A stretch of 32,000 nt of DNA from Candidatus Saccharimonadota bacterium (GCA_041659445.1 JBAZYG010000001.1:270001-302000); one strand, 5' to 3'; counted from the stretch's first letter, positions 17,373 through 25,976 are shown. Program-made: numbers and translations. The notes: generated from the sequence alone by a model not told the origin.

Positions 17373-18524
17373 TTACAAATCCCCCTTAAATCCTTTACTC
17401 ACAAGAGAATTAAATAATTCTTCGGAGTTTTGTTTAGTTTTGTTTAGTTTTTTTTTCATTTTTTCAATTTGTTCAACTATCTTTGCAAATTTTTGCTGAA
17501 GGAAGATAGGCGGAATAGGGATCTCAAAATTTCCTAAATCTCGTGGACTTAGTCTTGGGAGATTTGCACCAACACATAAAGAATTTGCTCGGTTTATATA
17601 AGTCTCTCGTCTTAGTAAATGAGCAATATAATATTTATTTGATTTACCTTTTTCTGGTCTGAGAGGAATTATATCTGTACTACAAACACCATTAAAATTA
17701 GGCAAAGCAATTTTATTTAGATAGGGTCTCAGTTTACCATAAAGGATACATTCATCATCAAAAAGAAATTTTGTACTCTTTAATTTTTGAGCTTGTGCAT
17801 CCAACTTTTCCAATATTCTTCCAGTTTGAGATTCTATATGTTCTAAACCAAGATAAAAATAATCTTTATTTATTTTTTCTGGAGAGATAATTTTTCTGAA
17901 TAGTGGACAGACTTCTTTTAATTTTATAATCTTAAATTTATTTTTTTCTTTCAAAAACATTTCATAAAAAAGAGTATTTAAGTATTCATCAAATAAGTCC
18001 TCAATTTTTTCTCCTCTCTGATTCAATTCCCAAGAATCATCTAAAATATTAACAACTCTTTCTTGTTCTTTTATGTCTAATTTTCCATTAGAGAATGGAA
18101 CAAAAATTTTTCTTTTTTGATATACAGAAAGATAATATCGTTTGTGAGTTGAAAAATTCAATTGGATACCTTTCATCATTAGAAAAACAAATTTTATATT
18201 TACATCTTTAGATTTTGGTGTTAATAATTTCATTGCACTTGATTTTACTTTAAATTTAAAATCAACAAATTTAGTGTCTGTGGTGAAATCATCAAAAAGA
18301 ATTACTGGAGGTTTTTCATAAATTCCATTTTTCTCTTCAGTATATCCTAAAATAAATGATTTGTTTGCAGTTAAAACTGGAACTGAAATTTTTGTTTTCT
18401 CTTTAAGTATTTCGCTTTGAACAATATAGTCTCCTGGTTGCTCATAATCCAAAAGTTCTCCTATTTCAATTTCTTTCCATTCAATTTGGTTAGTTTGTGT
18501 TTGTTTCATTTTAATTTTTTTCAA
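17373..18524 (-). CDS. hsdS: type I restriction-modification system specificity subunit
   Basis: 383 aa. It has two target-recognition halves, each followed by a helical conserved region (…EERVVNILDDSWELNQRGEKIEDLFDEYLNTLFYEMF… and …QQKFAKIVEQIEKMKKKLNKTKQNSEELFNSLVSKGF). The gene sits within the hsd operon. Confidence 0.85.
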   Translation of the reverse strand: MKKIKMKQTQTNQIEWKEIEIGELLDYEQPGDYIVQSEILKEKTKISVPVLTANKSFILGYTEEKNGIYEKPPVILFDDFTTDTKFVDFKFKVKSSAMKLLTPKSKDVNIKFVFLMMKGIQLNFSTHKRYYLSVYQKRKIFVPFSNGKLDIKEQERVVNILDDSWELNQRGEKIEDLFDEYLNTLFYEMFLKEKNKFKIIKLKEVCPLFRKIISPEKINKDYFYLGLEHIESQTGRILEKLDAQAQKLKSTKFLFDDECILYGKLRPYLNKIALPNFNGVCSTDIIPLRPEKGKSNKYYIAHLLRRETYINRANSLCVGANLPRLSPRDLGNFEIPIPPIFLQQKFAKIVEQIEKMKKKLNKTKQNSEELFNSLVSKGFKGDL

Positions 18525-20688
18525 ATATGATCTCCTTTAATTTTTTAACTTCTTCTTCATTAGGCTGATTTACTGCATAGGGGTTTAATATAATGTCTCC
18601 AACAAGGATGAATTTAATTTTTCCTTGAGGATCTTTTATTAATTGTCTTTTAAAATAAATTAATCCAGAAACTACTTTTTTATTTTTAACCAAAGGGTTA
18701 GGTTGTCTTATCCATTCCCCTTCAGTAGTTTCCCCAGTTTTGTTATTTCTATAAAATTGATAAGCTAATGTTCCAAAAAAACTATCTGCAATCATATATT
18801 TGTCTATAACCGAAGAACTTATATCTACAACAATAAAAAATAAATCTTTTCTCGTTCCTTTTTCCATTTCTTCAAAGGTCTTTGTAGAATAAAATTGACC
18901 TGATTTATTACTAAGAATATTATTGAGTTTATTTTTTATCGTAACTGCTCCATTATCTAAATGTAAACTTCTATCTCCATCTGAATTTTTAACCTCAAAG
19001 AATATATCCTTTTTATTTAATTTAATAGATAAATCCGCATAATTAATTTTATTTGGGATTTGTGGCTCTAAAATCATTTCAAAATATTGTTTTTGGGGCA
19101 AGAATCTATTTGAAAAAATAACCTCGCTAAAATTATCCCAAAATCTTTCTTCATATTCAAGAGAATCGAGTAATGTTTTGGTGTTATCATCATTATTTCT
19201 TTTATTTAAAATATCTTTTGAATTTTTTAAAAAATCTTCAAATTCATTCAGATAAGATTCTTTTAATTCTTTATCTCTTTTCCAATTACCCAACCAAAAT
19301 AAAGGACTATATCTTTTTTTGTCATATAACTCTTTTAATTTATGTTTAATTATCTTGTCTAATTCTGGAAATTCATTTAAAGACTTATTAATTTCATCAA
19401 AATTCAGCTCGGCTATTACATGATTTCGATATATTAATTGTTCTAATAATTCATCAGTGTAATCAATTAATTTGTAAAAATTCTTATTTCCTACAAAGTC
19501 ATTAAAAGAAGATTTATTTTCATTGATAAAATCTTTCGTTTCAGCTATACTTTCTATTTTTTGAGCTAAAGGTAAAAATAAATCAAATGCCTTATTATTA
19601 TCTGAATCTTTGTAAATTATTCCAATAATTTTACTAACAAGTTCGTAATAGAGTTTAGGATCCTTGTCAAAAATCTTTTTTTCCATTAATTCTCTTGAAG
19701 CAGATTCAACATTTTGAGAAGCCATTTTTTCAAAAATCCTTGGAAAGTTTTCAGTTTTTACTTTTTCAAAATTATCTAAAAAGTAATCTATAAACTTCTC
19801 ATTCTTTTTTACCAACTCTTGAATAGCCCAATCAAAATGCTGAACTTTGAATTCTAAATCTTTATTTATCCAATAGATAAATAGCTTGGATATTTTTTCA
19901 ATTTCGTCAGGGTAATCTATTAACGGATACATCATATCTCTAACAATCTCCCCATCAGAATCTTTACATAATTCTATTAATTCTAAAATATGTTCTTTTT
20001 CTAATTTAATTCCCACAGTCATCCAAAACAGTAATCTATTTACAGAGGAAATCTTTCGCTTAGCAAGTAATTTTATTTTATTATAGAAATAATATTTTTC
20101 ATTTTTATATAAGCATAAATAAAGCCCCATAAGCTCTGTCAATATTCTTTCATCAGAGAATAATTCTGTTTTATCTAAATAACTTTTAATTTCGAGGGGC
20201 AAAATTTCTTTTTCATATCTAACTAAAATTGCTTTTAATATTGTATTTCTCATTGGATAATCTGAATCTTTTTTAATTAATTCTTTTAAAGAGGTTTCAT
20301 CATGGAAAGCGTATCCTCCTAAAATTCTTCCAGAGATTATTTTAAGATCTATGTTGTCTGATTTATCCCGTATTAGATCATATAATCTTATTGCTATTTC
20401 TTGCTTTTCTTTTCCCACTTTTATTAACATCTCAAAAAAAGGTCCACTTGCCATGTCTCCTTTTATTTTTAAAAAGACTTTTTCTAAATAACTCAAATAT
20501 TTTTCATCGTCTGAAACCAAATCAAACAATACCTCAACAGATAACTGGAAATAATTCCAAATAGATTCTTGATTTATCTCATCTAATAAGACATATTTTT
20601 CTTCTTTAGTTATATCATCCTTTATCTTAAAATATTCTTCTTTTTGTTTATCAAATTCAAATCTAAATTGTTTAAATTTTTCAATCAT
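18511..20688 (-). CDS. large uncharacterised protein: ~540-aa all-helical repeat region plus C-terminal PD-(D/E)xK-like domain
   Basis: 725 aa with no Walker motifs. The C-terminal part has YADLSIKLNKKDIFFEVKN, with D552 and E565-x-K567 at classic PD-(D/E)xK spacing, followed by alternating strand/helix-like segments. It overlaps hsdS by 14 nt and the upstream gene by 8 nt. Confidence 0.5.
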   Translation of the reverse strand: MIEKFKQFRFEFDKQKEEYFKIKDDITKEEKYVLLDEINQESIWNYFQLSVEVLFDLVSDDEKYLSYLEKVFLKIKGDMASGPFFEMLIKVGKEKQEIAIRLYDLIRDKSDNIDLKIISGRILGGYAFHDETSLKELIKKDSDYPMRNTILKAILVRYEKEILPLEIKSYLDKTELFSDERILTELMGLYLCLYKNEKYYFYNKIKLLAKRKISSVNRLLFWMTVGIKLEKEHILELIELCKDSDGEIVRDMMYPLIDYPDEIEKISKLFIYWINKDLEFKVQHFDWAIQELVKKNEKFIDYFLDNFEKVKTENFPRIFEKMASQNVESASRELMEKKIFDKDPKLYYELVSKIIGIIYKDSDNNKAFDLFLPLAQKIESIAETKDFINENKSSFNDFVGNKNFYKLIDYTDELLEQLIYRNHVIAELNFDEINKSLNEFPELDKIIKHKLKELYDKKRYSPLFWLGNWKRDKELKESYLNEFEDFLKNSKDILNKRNNDDNTKTLLDSLEYEERFWDNFSEVIFSNRFLPQKQYFEMILEPQIPNKINYADLSIKLNKKDIFFEVKNSDGDRSLHLDNGAVTIKNKLNNILSNKSGQFYSTKTFEEMEKGTRKDLFFIVVDISSSVIDKYMIADSFFGTLAYQFYRNNKTGETTEGEWIRQPNPLVKNKKVVSGLIYFKRQLIKDPQGKIKFILVGDIILNPYAVNQPNEEEVKKLKEIIFEKN

Positions 20689-21349
20689 CTTCTTTTACCT
20701 CCTCAGTATAGCTATATTTTCTTTCAGGTTTCGCTGAAATCTTTTTTATTTTTTCTTTTGAAATAATCCAAATATCAGAACCATGAACTAATGGGTGACC
20801 TACGCAATATAAATTATCCACTGCAATATTCCCTAAACACCTGTTGCAAAAATCATAAAATCTTTCTCCCATATCCGAAAATTTAAGATTGTTTATATTA
20901 GTTAATTCTTCTTTTATTTCTCCAAGACGAGTATTCTCATTAAATGTTCCAATAAAATTTTTACAATTAACCGAATTTTTTATCTCCTTTGTTTCAAATT
21001 TATTATTTTTGTCTTTCCTTATCTGAAATCCTTTTTGAGAAGATTTGTCTATAACTAAAAATTGTTCATCTGTAATCGTGAGAAAAATATTTTTTAGTTT
21101 AATCTCAAGATATTTTTTAAAATCCTCAAAGTTGAGATATTGTTTTGCATCATCAATTATATCGCTTAAAATTTTTTCATCTCCAGAACCAACAAAAAAT
21201 AAATTATGATTAATTCCTTTTATTTTTTCAATACTATCTGAAAATACTGAGATATCGCTTTGAGATTCTGCTTTAAATTTAGAAACAGCTTTTTTGTCTG
21301 CAACTATAACCCAAGCGTCTTTTATTGGAAATGTAAATGCGAGAGTCAT
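20681..21349 (-). CDS. proteasome-beta/HslV-like Ntn-hydrolase candidate (Thr directly after Met)
   Basis: 222 aa. MTLAFTFPIKDAWVIVADKKAV...IEKIKGINHNLFFVGSGDEKI parallels the proteasome-beta/HslV N-terminus: T1, Asp/Glu17 and K-I-x-x-I...[AS]-G-x-x-x-D. Asp falls at mature position 17. This is a motif-level resemblance only. Confidence 0.4.
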   Translation of the reverse strand: MTLAFTFPIKDAWVIVADKKAVSKFKAESQSDISVFSDSIEKIKGINHNLFFVGSGDEKILSDIIDDAKQYLNFEDFKKYLEIKLKNIFLTITDEQFLVIDKSSQKGFQIRKDKNNKFETKEIKNSVNCKNFIGTFNENTRLGEIKEELTNINNLKFSDMGERFYDFCNRCLGNIAVDNLYCVGHPLVHGSDIWIISKEKIKKISAKPERKYSYTEEVKEDD

Positions 21350-21813
21350 TTTTTCTTCCTCTTTGATTTAGATAATAAATTGAAATTATGATTAATCATT
21401 AAATCCAAGAATATAAAATAAATTATCATAAAAATATGAACCCCAAATAAAATCTTTGAATAATTGTATGATATAACTGTTGAATAAATAAATTCTACAA
21501 TAAAAATAATACTTATAACTGCAAAAAATTTCCATGAATAAATATAATCAAATTCTTTTCCAGCATCATTTATTTGGTCTTTCCAATTTCTTAACAAAGG
21601 TTTGTTTTTATCTTTCTGTTTAAGTCTATTTTTCATCATTACCTTTATCTTTCCTTCTAAATCTGTTTTGTAAACTTCCATAATAGCAAGAATTGCTAAT
21701 CCTGCAAAGAATAACCACATAGGACTTTTTGTCAAATAAAAAGTAATCAACGGCAAAATAAATAATGCCTGATGAATCTTTTTCTTATCTGTGAAAAAAT
21801 CAATTATTTTCAT
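21346..21813 (-). CDS. small integral membrane protein (~4 TM), hypothetical
   Basis: 155 aa. Two hydrophobic hairpins are separated by a basic loop (MMKNRLKQKDKNKPLLRNWKDQ). ATGA overlaps occur at both ends. Confidence 0.5.
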   Translation of the reverse strand: MKIIDFFTDKKKIHQALFILPLITFYLTKSPMWLFFAGLAILAIMEVYKTDLEGKIKVMMKNRLKQKDKNKPLLRNWKDQINDAGKEFDYIYSWKFFAVISIIFIVEFIYSTVISYNYSKILFGVHIFMIIYFIFLDLMINHNFNLLSKSKRKKK

Positions 21814-21983
21814 TCTTCCTCCCCCAATCCAGTTTCTTTTCTGATCATCTCTCGGAGTTTTGTATTTATCTTTTTGCCTTCCTGGTCACAAAGTTTTTTG
21901 AAAAAAAGGAATTCACTCTTATACAATCTTGTAGAAACAATTTTCCTCTCTTCCCCGCTTAAATCATGATTTTTTAAAACCAT
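21810..21983 (-). CDS. ribbon-helix-helix (CopG-like) regulator, first gene of the cassette-hsdS-hsdM operon
   Basis: Below the track cut-off (57 aa): MVLKNHDLSGEERKIVSTRLYKSEFLFFKKLCDQEGKKINTKLREMIRKETGLGEEE. It has a strand-helix-helix layout. Its TGA overlaps the ATG of the next gene (ATGA). Confidence 0.5.
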   Translation of the reverse strand: MVLKNHDLSGEERKIVSTRLYKSEFLFFKKLCDQEGKKINTKLREMIRKETGLGEEE

Positions 21984-22004
21984 GAAAAAGATAGAACTAA
22001 AGAC

Positions 22005-22031
22005 TATTTAAAGATTTAGGTGTATACACCT
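22005..22031 (-). promoter_or_regulatory. promoter/operator: TATA-like box (TTTAAATA on the minus strand, 22005-22012) plus perfect 14-bp palindrome AGGTGTATACACCT (22018-22031)
   Basis: The palindrome is self-complementary by inspection. It ends 34 nt upstream of the RHH ATG (21983). The TATA-like box is centred about 25 nt upstream of that ATG, which suggests a leaderless transcript. Confidence 0.4.
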
Positions 22032-22060
22032 TTTTGTTCATGAATTGTATAATTTGTGAA

Positions 22061-24811
22061 CTATTTCCACTTTAAGCTATTACACTTTTGGACTAATTTC
22101 TCTAATTGTTCTTTACTAAACGCATCTAAAGGTCTTCCTTCTGCTAAGGGATGTTCTGCAAAATTCTTTAATTCAACATGCTTAGCTCTCACAAAAACCT
22201 GTTCCAATAATCTTAAAAATTTTAATTGCTGAGAATTATAATGCTCATTTTTATCCATCACAAATTTATCAAATTCCCATTTAATCATCTCTTGGGGGTC
22301 AGGCAATCCCTTGACTTCTAATAAATCTCTTAAAAATAAAATAAAGTCTTTACTTTGTTGAATATTGTCAATTGTCAACATAGGATTTAATTCTCTTAGT
22401 TTCTTTTCAATAACTAAAAGTTCTTTTGATGTAACCCCTTCACCATCTTTAATTTTTTGCATTAAAGAATTATTACTTAAGAAAGTCTTGAAATCTTCAT
22501 CTTCTTTAAGTTCCATTGCTTCTTTCTCAACTTTCAGAACTACATCGGGAGCATTAACTCTTATCATTCCTTTTCTTTCCTCTTCATAAAAAATCATTAA
22601 AGGAGAAATTTCTCTAACTAAAAAATCAACATCTTCAAAAGTAATATCCTCCCAGAAAGGTTCTTTTTGAATTCTTATAAGATCGTCTCTTTTTTGTTTT
22701 ATTGCATCTAAATTTTTATCCCAAATTGCTTCTGCTCTTGTAACAACAAATTCTTCAATCTTAGCAATTTTGTTTTTATTTCCTGTTTTAATGCAATCAA
22801 AGAGTTTAACACATTGAGAGATAAAACCATAAACTTTTGAATTCTCCGACGGAGTATAAATTAAAAGAGGGGCTATTTCATTTCTTAATTCTTCAATATG
22901 TTCCTTTAAATCAAATTTGGAAGAGATGACTTTTTTAATTATGTTTTTCTTTTCAATAACCAAAGGAGATTCAATATCAATTTCCTTAATTGTGTCTATG
23001 ATTTGTTTCTCTACTACTTTTCTTTCTTTTTCACTTAGATTCTTTTCTAAAGTATCAACTTGTTCTAAAAAGATTCTTGTCTTAGCATCTGTTCCAGAGG
23101 ATTTTTGCTTTATAGCGTTCAATTTATGAACCAATATATTTGAGTAATCTCCAAACTTAAAGTCTAATATTAAAAAATCTTCTTTTATGTGCTGTCCATC
23201 TTTATCTGTTGGCAACCATTCTTTATTTTCACAAGCAGATAAACTTCTTGTTCCTCTTCCTAACATTTGCCAGAATCTGATAGAAGACATTACGGGTTTA
23301 ACAAAAACTAAGTTCATTACTTCAGGAACATCAACCCCAGTATCTAAAACTCCAACAGATAAAGCAATTCTTGGGCTATCTCTTTTTTCAAATCTCTTAA
23401 CTTCATCCATATAACGAGATTTGTCCGAAGTAATAACTTTTACATCCTTTGCCAAAGAAGGATAAAGTCTTTGGAATAATTTTTCCAAAGATTCTGCATG
23501 TTTTATACTTGCACAGAAGAATATACTTTTGCAGGGTCTATTATCATCTGATTTATAACACCGATCTACAAATTCTCGGATAATTAATTCATTAGTCTTT
23601 TCATCTGTAAAAAATCTTTCAAATTTAGAACCTGGTGTTTGAAATTTCTCTGGATCTTCTTCTTGTTGCTTTAATGCTTGTTGTAATTCTTTATTCAATT
23701 TTTTCCCTTCAATTCCTAATGAAAGAACACTTGTCTCAATAATTTCTGCTACATAAGGAGCTAATATCTTATCTCTTACTGCTGAATCATAGTCATACTT
23801 GAATGTGGGTTTTTCATTATTACAATTAAATAAATCAAAAGTATTTCTTGTTTCCTCTGAAGAAGGTGTTGCAGTTAGTCCAACTTTTAACGCATCAAAA
23901 TATTTGAAAATATCATTATTTTTATCATAGTAAGAACGGTGTGCTTCATCAAAGATAATTAAGTCAAATGCTCCTGGACCAAATTTTTCATAAAACTTTC
24001 CTCTTGGTTTTTGAGGAGACATTAAAGTTTGAATTGTGGAAACATAAAATCTTGCACTGCTTGAATAACCTTCCTCATTTAATTCACAAACCGGTGTTTC
24101 TGGAAAAAATTTCTTAAATCCTTTTTCTTTAGCTTGATTCCCTAAAGAAATTCTATCAACAACAAATAAAACTTTTTGAGCATATTCTGATTTTATTAAA
24201 CAATCTATTAAAGCCATTGCAACTCTTGTTTTTCCTGTTCCTGTAGCCATATTAATTAAAGCCTCTCGATGTCCCTTAGAAAAGTGTTCTAATACTATCT
24301 TAACTGCTTCAACACATGTTTTTCTATTTAAAATAGTAGAACTTACCTTAACATTTACAGGATCCTTTCTTTTTTTCATCAAACTGATTATCCTATGTAA
24401 ATCTTTTTGTGAAAATGGTAAGAGAACTTTTCTTCTCCTATCTAAGTCATCAACATAATACCAATTTGTTCCATTAGTTAAGAAAATAGGAATTTTGATT
24501 TTAATTTGTTTTTCAATATCTTCTCTATAAGTCCTTGCCTGAATTTCTCCTTTTTCAACGCTCACTGAAGTTTTTTTTGCTTCTACAATTGCGAGAGGGC
24601 TTCTATCTTCATCTAATAATAAATAGTCTATAAATCGGTCAACATTTTTTTCTATTCCAACCTCAAGACCTACATATTCTTTAGTTAAAAAATTAGATTT
24701 AACTGGATTAATCTCTTCCTTGACATAATGTCCTTTAACTTTCCATCCTGTTCTTTCTAAAATTGGATCTATCAATTCTTTTCTCGTTTCTTTCTCAGAG
24801 AGATTTGTCAT
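22061..24811 (-). CDS. hsdR: type I restriction enzyme endonuclease/translocase subunit
   Basis: 916 aa.
- N-terminal HSDR_N nuclease: RKELIDPILERTGW and DYLLLD...AIVEAKK.
- SF2 motif I: NMATGTGKTRVA.
- SF2 motif II: LIIFDEAHRS.
- Later helicase motifs: GLTATP and QMLGRGTR.
- C-terminal EcoEI_R_C-like helical tail. Confidence 0.92.
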   Translation of the reverse strand: MTNLSEKETRKELIDPILERTGWKVKGHYVKEEINPVKSNFLTKEYVGLEVGIEKNVDRFIDYLLLDEDRSPLAIVEAKKTSVSVEKGEIQARTYREDIEKQIKIKIPIFLTNGTNWYYVDDLDRRRKVLLPFSQKDLHRIISLMKKRKDPVNVKVSSTILNRKTCVEAVKIVLEHFSKGHREALINMATGTGKTRVAMALIDCLIKSEYAQKVLFVVDRISLGNQAKEKGFKKFFPETPVCELNEEGYSSSARFYVSTIQTLMSPQKPRGKFYEKFGPGAFDLIIFDEAHRSYYDKNNDIFKYFDALKVGLTATPSSEETRNTFDLFNCNNEKPTFKYDYDSAVRDKILAPYVAEIIETSVLSLGIEGKKLNKELQQALKQQEEDPEKFQTPGSKFERFFTDEKTNELIIREFVDRCYKSDDNRPCKSIFFCASIKHAESLEKLFQRLYPSLAKDVKVITSDKSRYMDEVKRFEKRDSPRIALSVGVLDTGVDVPEVMNLVFVKPVMSSIRFWQMLGRGTRSLSACENKEWLPTDKDGQHIKEDFLILDFKFGDYSNILVHKLNAIKQKSSGTDAKTRIFLEQVDTLEKNLSEKERKVVEKQIIDTIKEIDIESPLVIEKKNIIKKVISSKFDLKEHIEELRNEIAPLLIYTPSENSKVYGFISQCVKLFDCIKTGNKNKIAKIEEFVVTRAEAIWDKNLDAIKQKRDDLIRIQKEPFWEDITFEDVDFLVREISPLMIFYEEERKGMIRVNAPDVVLKVEKEAMELKEDEDFKTFLSNNSLMQKIKDGEGVTSKELLVIEKKLRELNPMLTIDNIQQSKDFILFLRDLLEVKGLPDPQEMIKWEFDKFVMDKNEHYNSQQLKFLRLLEQVFVRAKHVELKNFAEHPLAEGRPLDAFSKEQLEKLVQKCNSLKWK

Positions 24812-24885
24812 AATTTTTTTAGGATTTATATAGATTTAAGGTTTTCTGAAATTAATTATTCTAATAAAATGGAAAAAAGGGTTTT

Positions 24886-25098
24886 TTACAAATAATCCTC
24901 GTCTTTTTTCAAATATCCTTTATTTTTCAAACCTTCGACAACAGAAGTTCTAATTGCATCTTGGATGGTGTATCTTGGAAATTTCTTTCTTTTATCTTTA
25001 ACTCTTTTTTCTAAAGCTATTTCTACAGTTTTAGGAAGTCTAACTCCTAAGGGTTTTCCATAGGTTGGTTTTTTAGATAGTGTCATCTTTGTGGACAC
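24886..25098 (-). CDS. ribbon-helix-helix-like small protein upstream of hsdR (putative regulator)
   Basis: The 70-aa ORF has a GTG start at 25098; an ATG alternative is at 25086. KPLGVRLPKTVEIALEKRVK...YTIQDAIRTSVVEGL fits a strand-helix-helix layout. It lies 74 nt upstream of hsdR on the same strand. Confidence 0.4.
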   Translation of the reverse strand: MSTKMTLSKKPTYGKPLGVRLPKTVEIALEKRVKDKRKKFPRYTIQDAIRTSVVEGLKNKGYLKKDEDYL

Positions 25099-25228
25099 GT
25101 ATAAGGTGATAGGAAGTATATAAATCTTTTGTTAACAACAAATAACATTAAATTACATATAAAAACATTTATAATACCAAAAACCTAAAAGATTTTAGAT
25201 TAGGGGTGTGAGGTGATAAAAACCACCT

Positions 25229-25504
25229 ATGGGAAAGGAATCTTCAAGACCCCTTATACCACGAAAGATAATCAGTGTAAAAGGAAAAGTACATTATAGC
25301 GAAAGCAATCAGGCTTGGAATATTATTAAGCTAAAATCAGAATTCTTAAATGAATTTCAACAATTAAAAGAAAAAAGGTCTAAATTCTCTTATGAAATGA
25401 TCTTTGGACGAACAGAAGCAGAAATGATTGAAGCAATAAAGAAAATTATAAATGATAAGAATTTAATGCCTATTTTGATGTTTTTGTATAAAGAGGGAGA
25501 ATGA
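25229..25504 (+). CDS. hypothetical protein
   Basis: 91-aa ORF with GAGGTGAT upstream; no motif recognised. Confidence 0.4.
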   Translation: MGKESSRPLIPRKIISVKGKVHYSESNQAWNIIKLKSEFLNEFQQLKEKRSKFSYEMIFGRTEAEMIEAIKKIINDKNLMPILMFLYKEGE

Positions 25505-25511
25505 AAAGCAT

Positions 25512-25976
25512 TTAATTTAAACTAAAATGTCCAGTTTCCCAATTTGTTTTTCCACTTTTTTTAATTACCCCATGTGTATGGGTTATAATCACCTCAAATC
25601 TTATTAACCCTTTATTATCAAATAATTTTTTAAATTCTTCATCAGTAAAATCTAATGTACACTCAAATGTTCTTGAATTATGTCCTAATATTTCAGTTTC
25701 AATAAAAAAAGGTGCTTCTTGGAAAATGTTTCCCGTTCCAATAAGAATTTCTTCAATAGTAGTAGGATTATTTGAAAGATTTCTTAATCTTATTTTAACC
25801 CCTATCTGTTCTAAACACCTAGCTGTAGTCACACCAAACCCATGTCTTTGAAAATAAGCACTTTCTAATTTTAATTTTGGTTTATTTTTTATTATATGCC
25901 AAATCAAACTTATTATTCCTGTAAAAGATCCAATTATCCCTGTAATTAAACTTATAATTGTTATTAAGTTTTCCAT
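25512..25976 (-). CDS. N-terminally membrane-anchored hypothetical protein
   Basis: 154 aa. One TM helix (LITIISLITGIIGSFTGIISLIWHII) followed by a probably beta-rich domain. It is the last gene before attR. Confidence 0.45.
   Translation of the reverse strand: MENLITIISLITGIIGSFTGIISLIWHIIKNKPKLKLESAYFQRHGFGVTTARCLEQIGVKIRLRNLSNNPTTIEEILIGTGNIFQEAPFFIETEILGHNSRTFECTLDFTDEEFKKLFDNKGLIRFEVIITHTHGVIKKSGKTNWETGHFSLN

Noticed and set aside
21772-21969. 65-aa plus-strand ORF
   Set aside because: The minus strand here encodes a 57-aa RHH protein with an ATGA overlap to the next gene and a TATA/palindrome promoter. The plus-strand ORF is its shadow.
22365-23414. Three plus-strand ORFs (22365-22589, 22917-23129, 23187-23414)
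   Set aside because: All are antisense to hsdR, which has complete helicase and nuclease motifs.
25211-25228. Inverted repeat AGGTG-N8-CACCT sharing half-sites with the 22018 palindrome
   Set aside because: GAGGTGAT is also a canonical Shine-Dalgarno sequence directly upstream of the 25229 ATG. A 5-bp arm is too short to distinguish an operator from chance.
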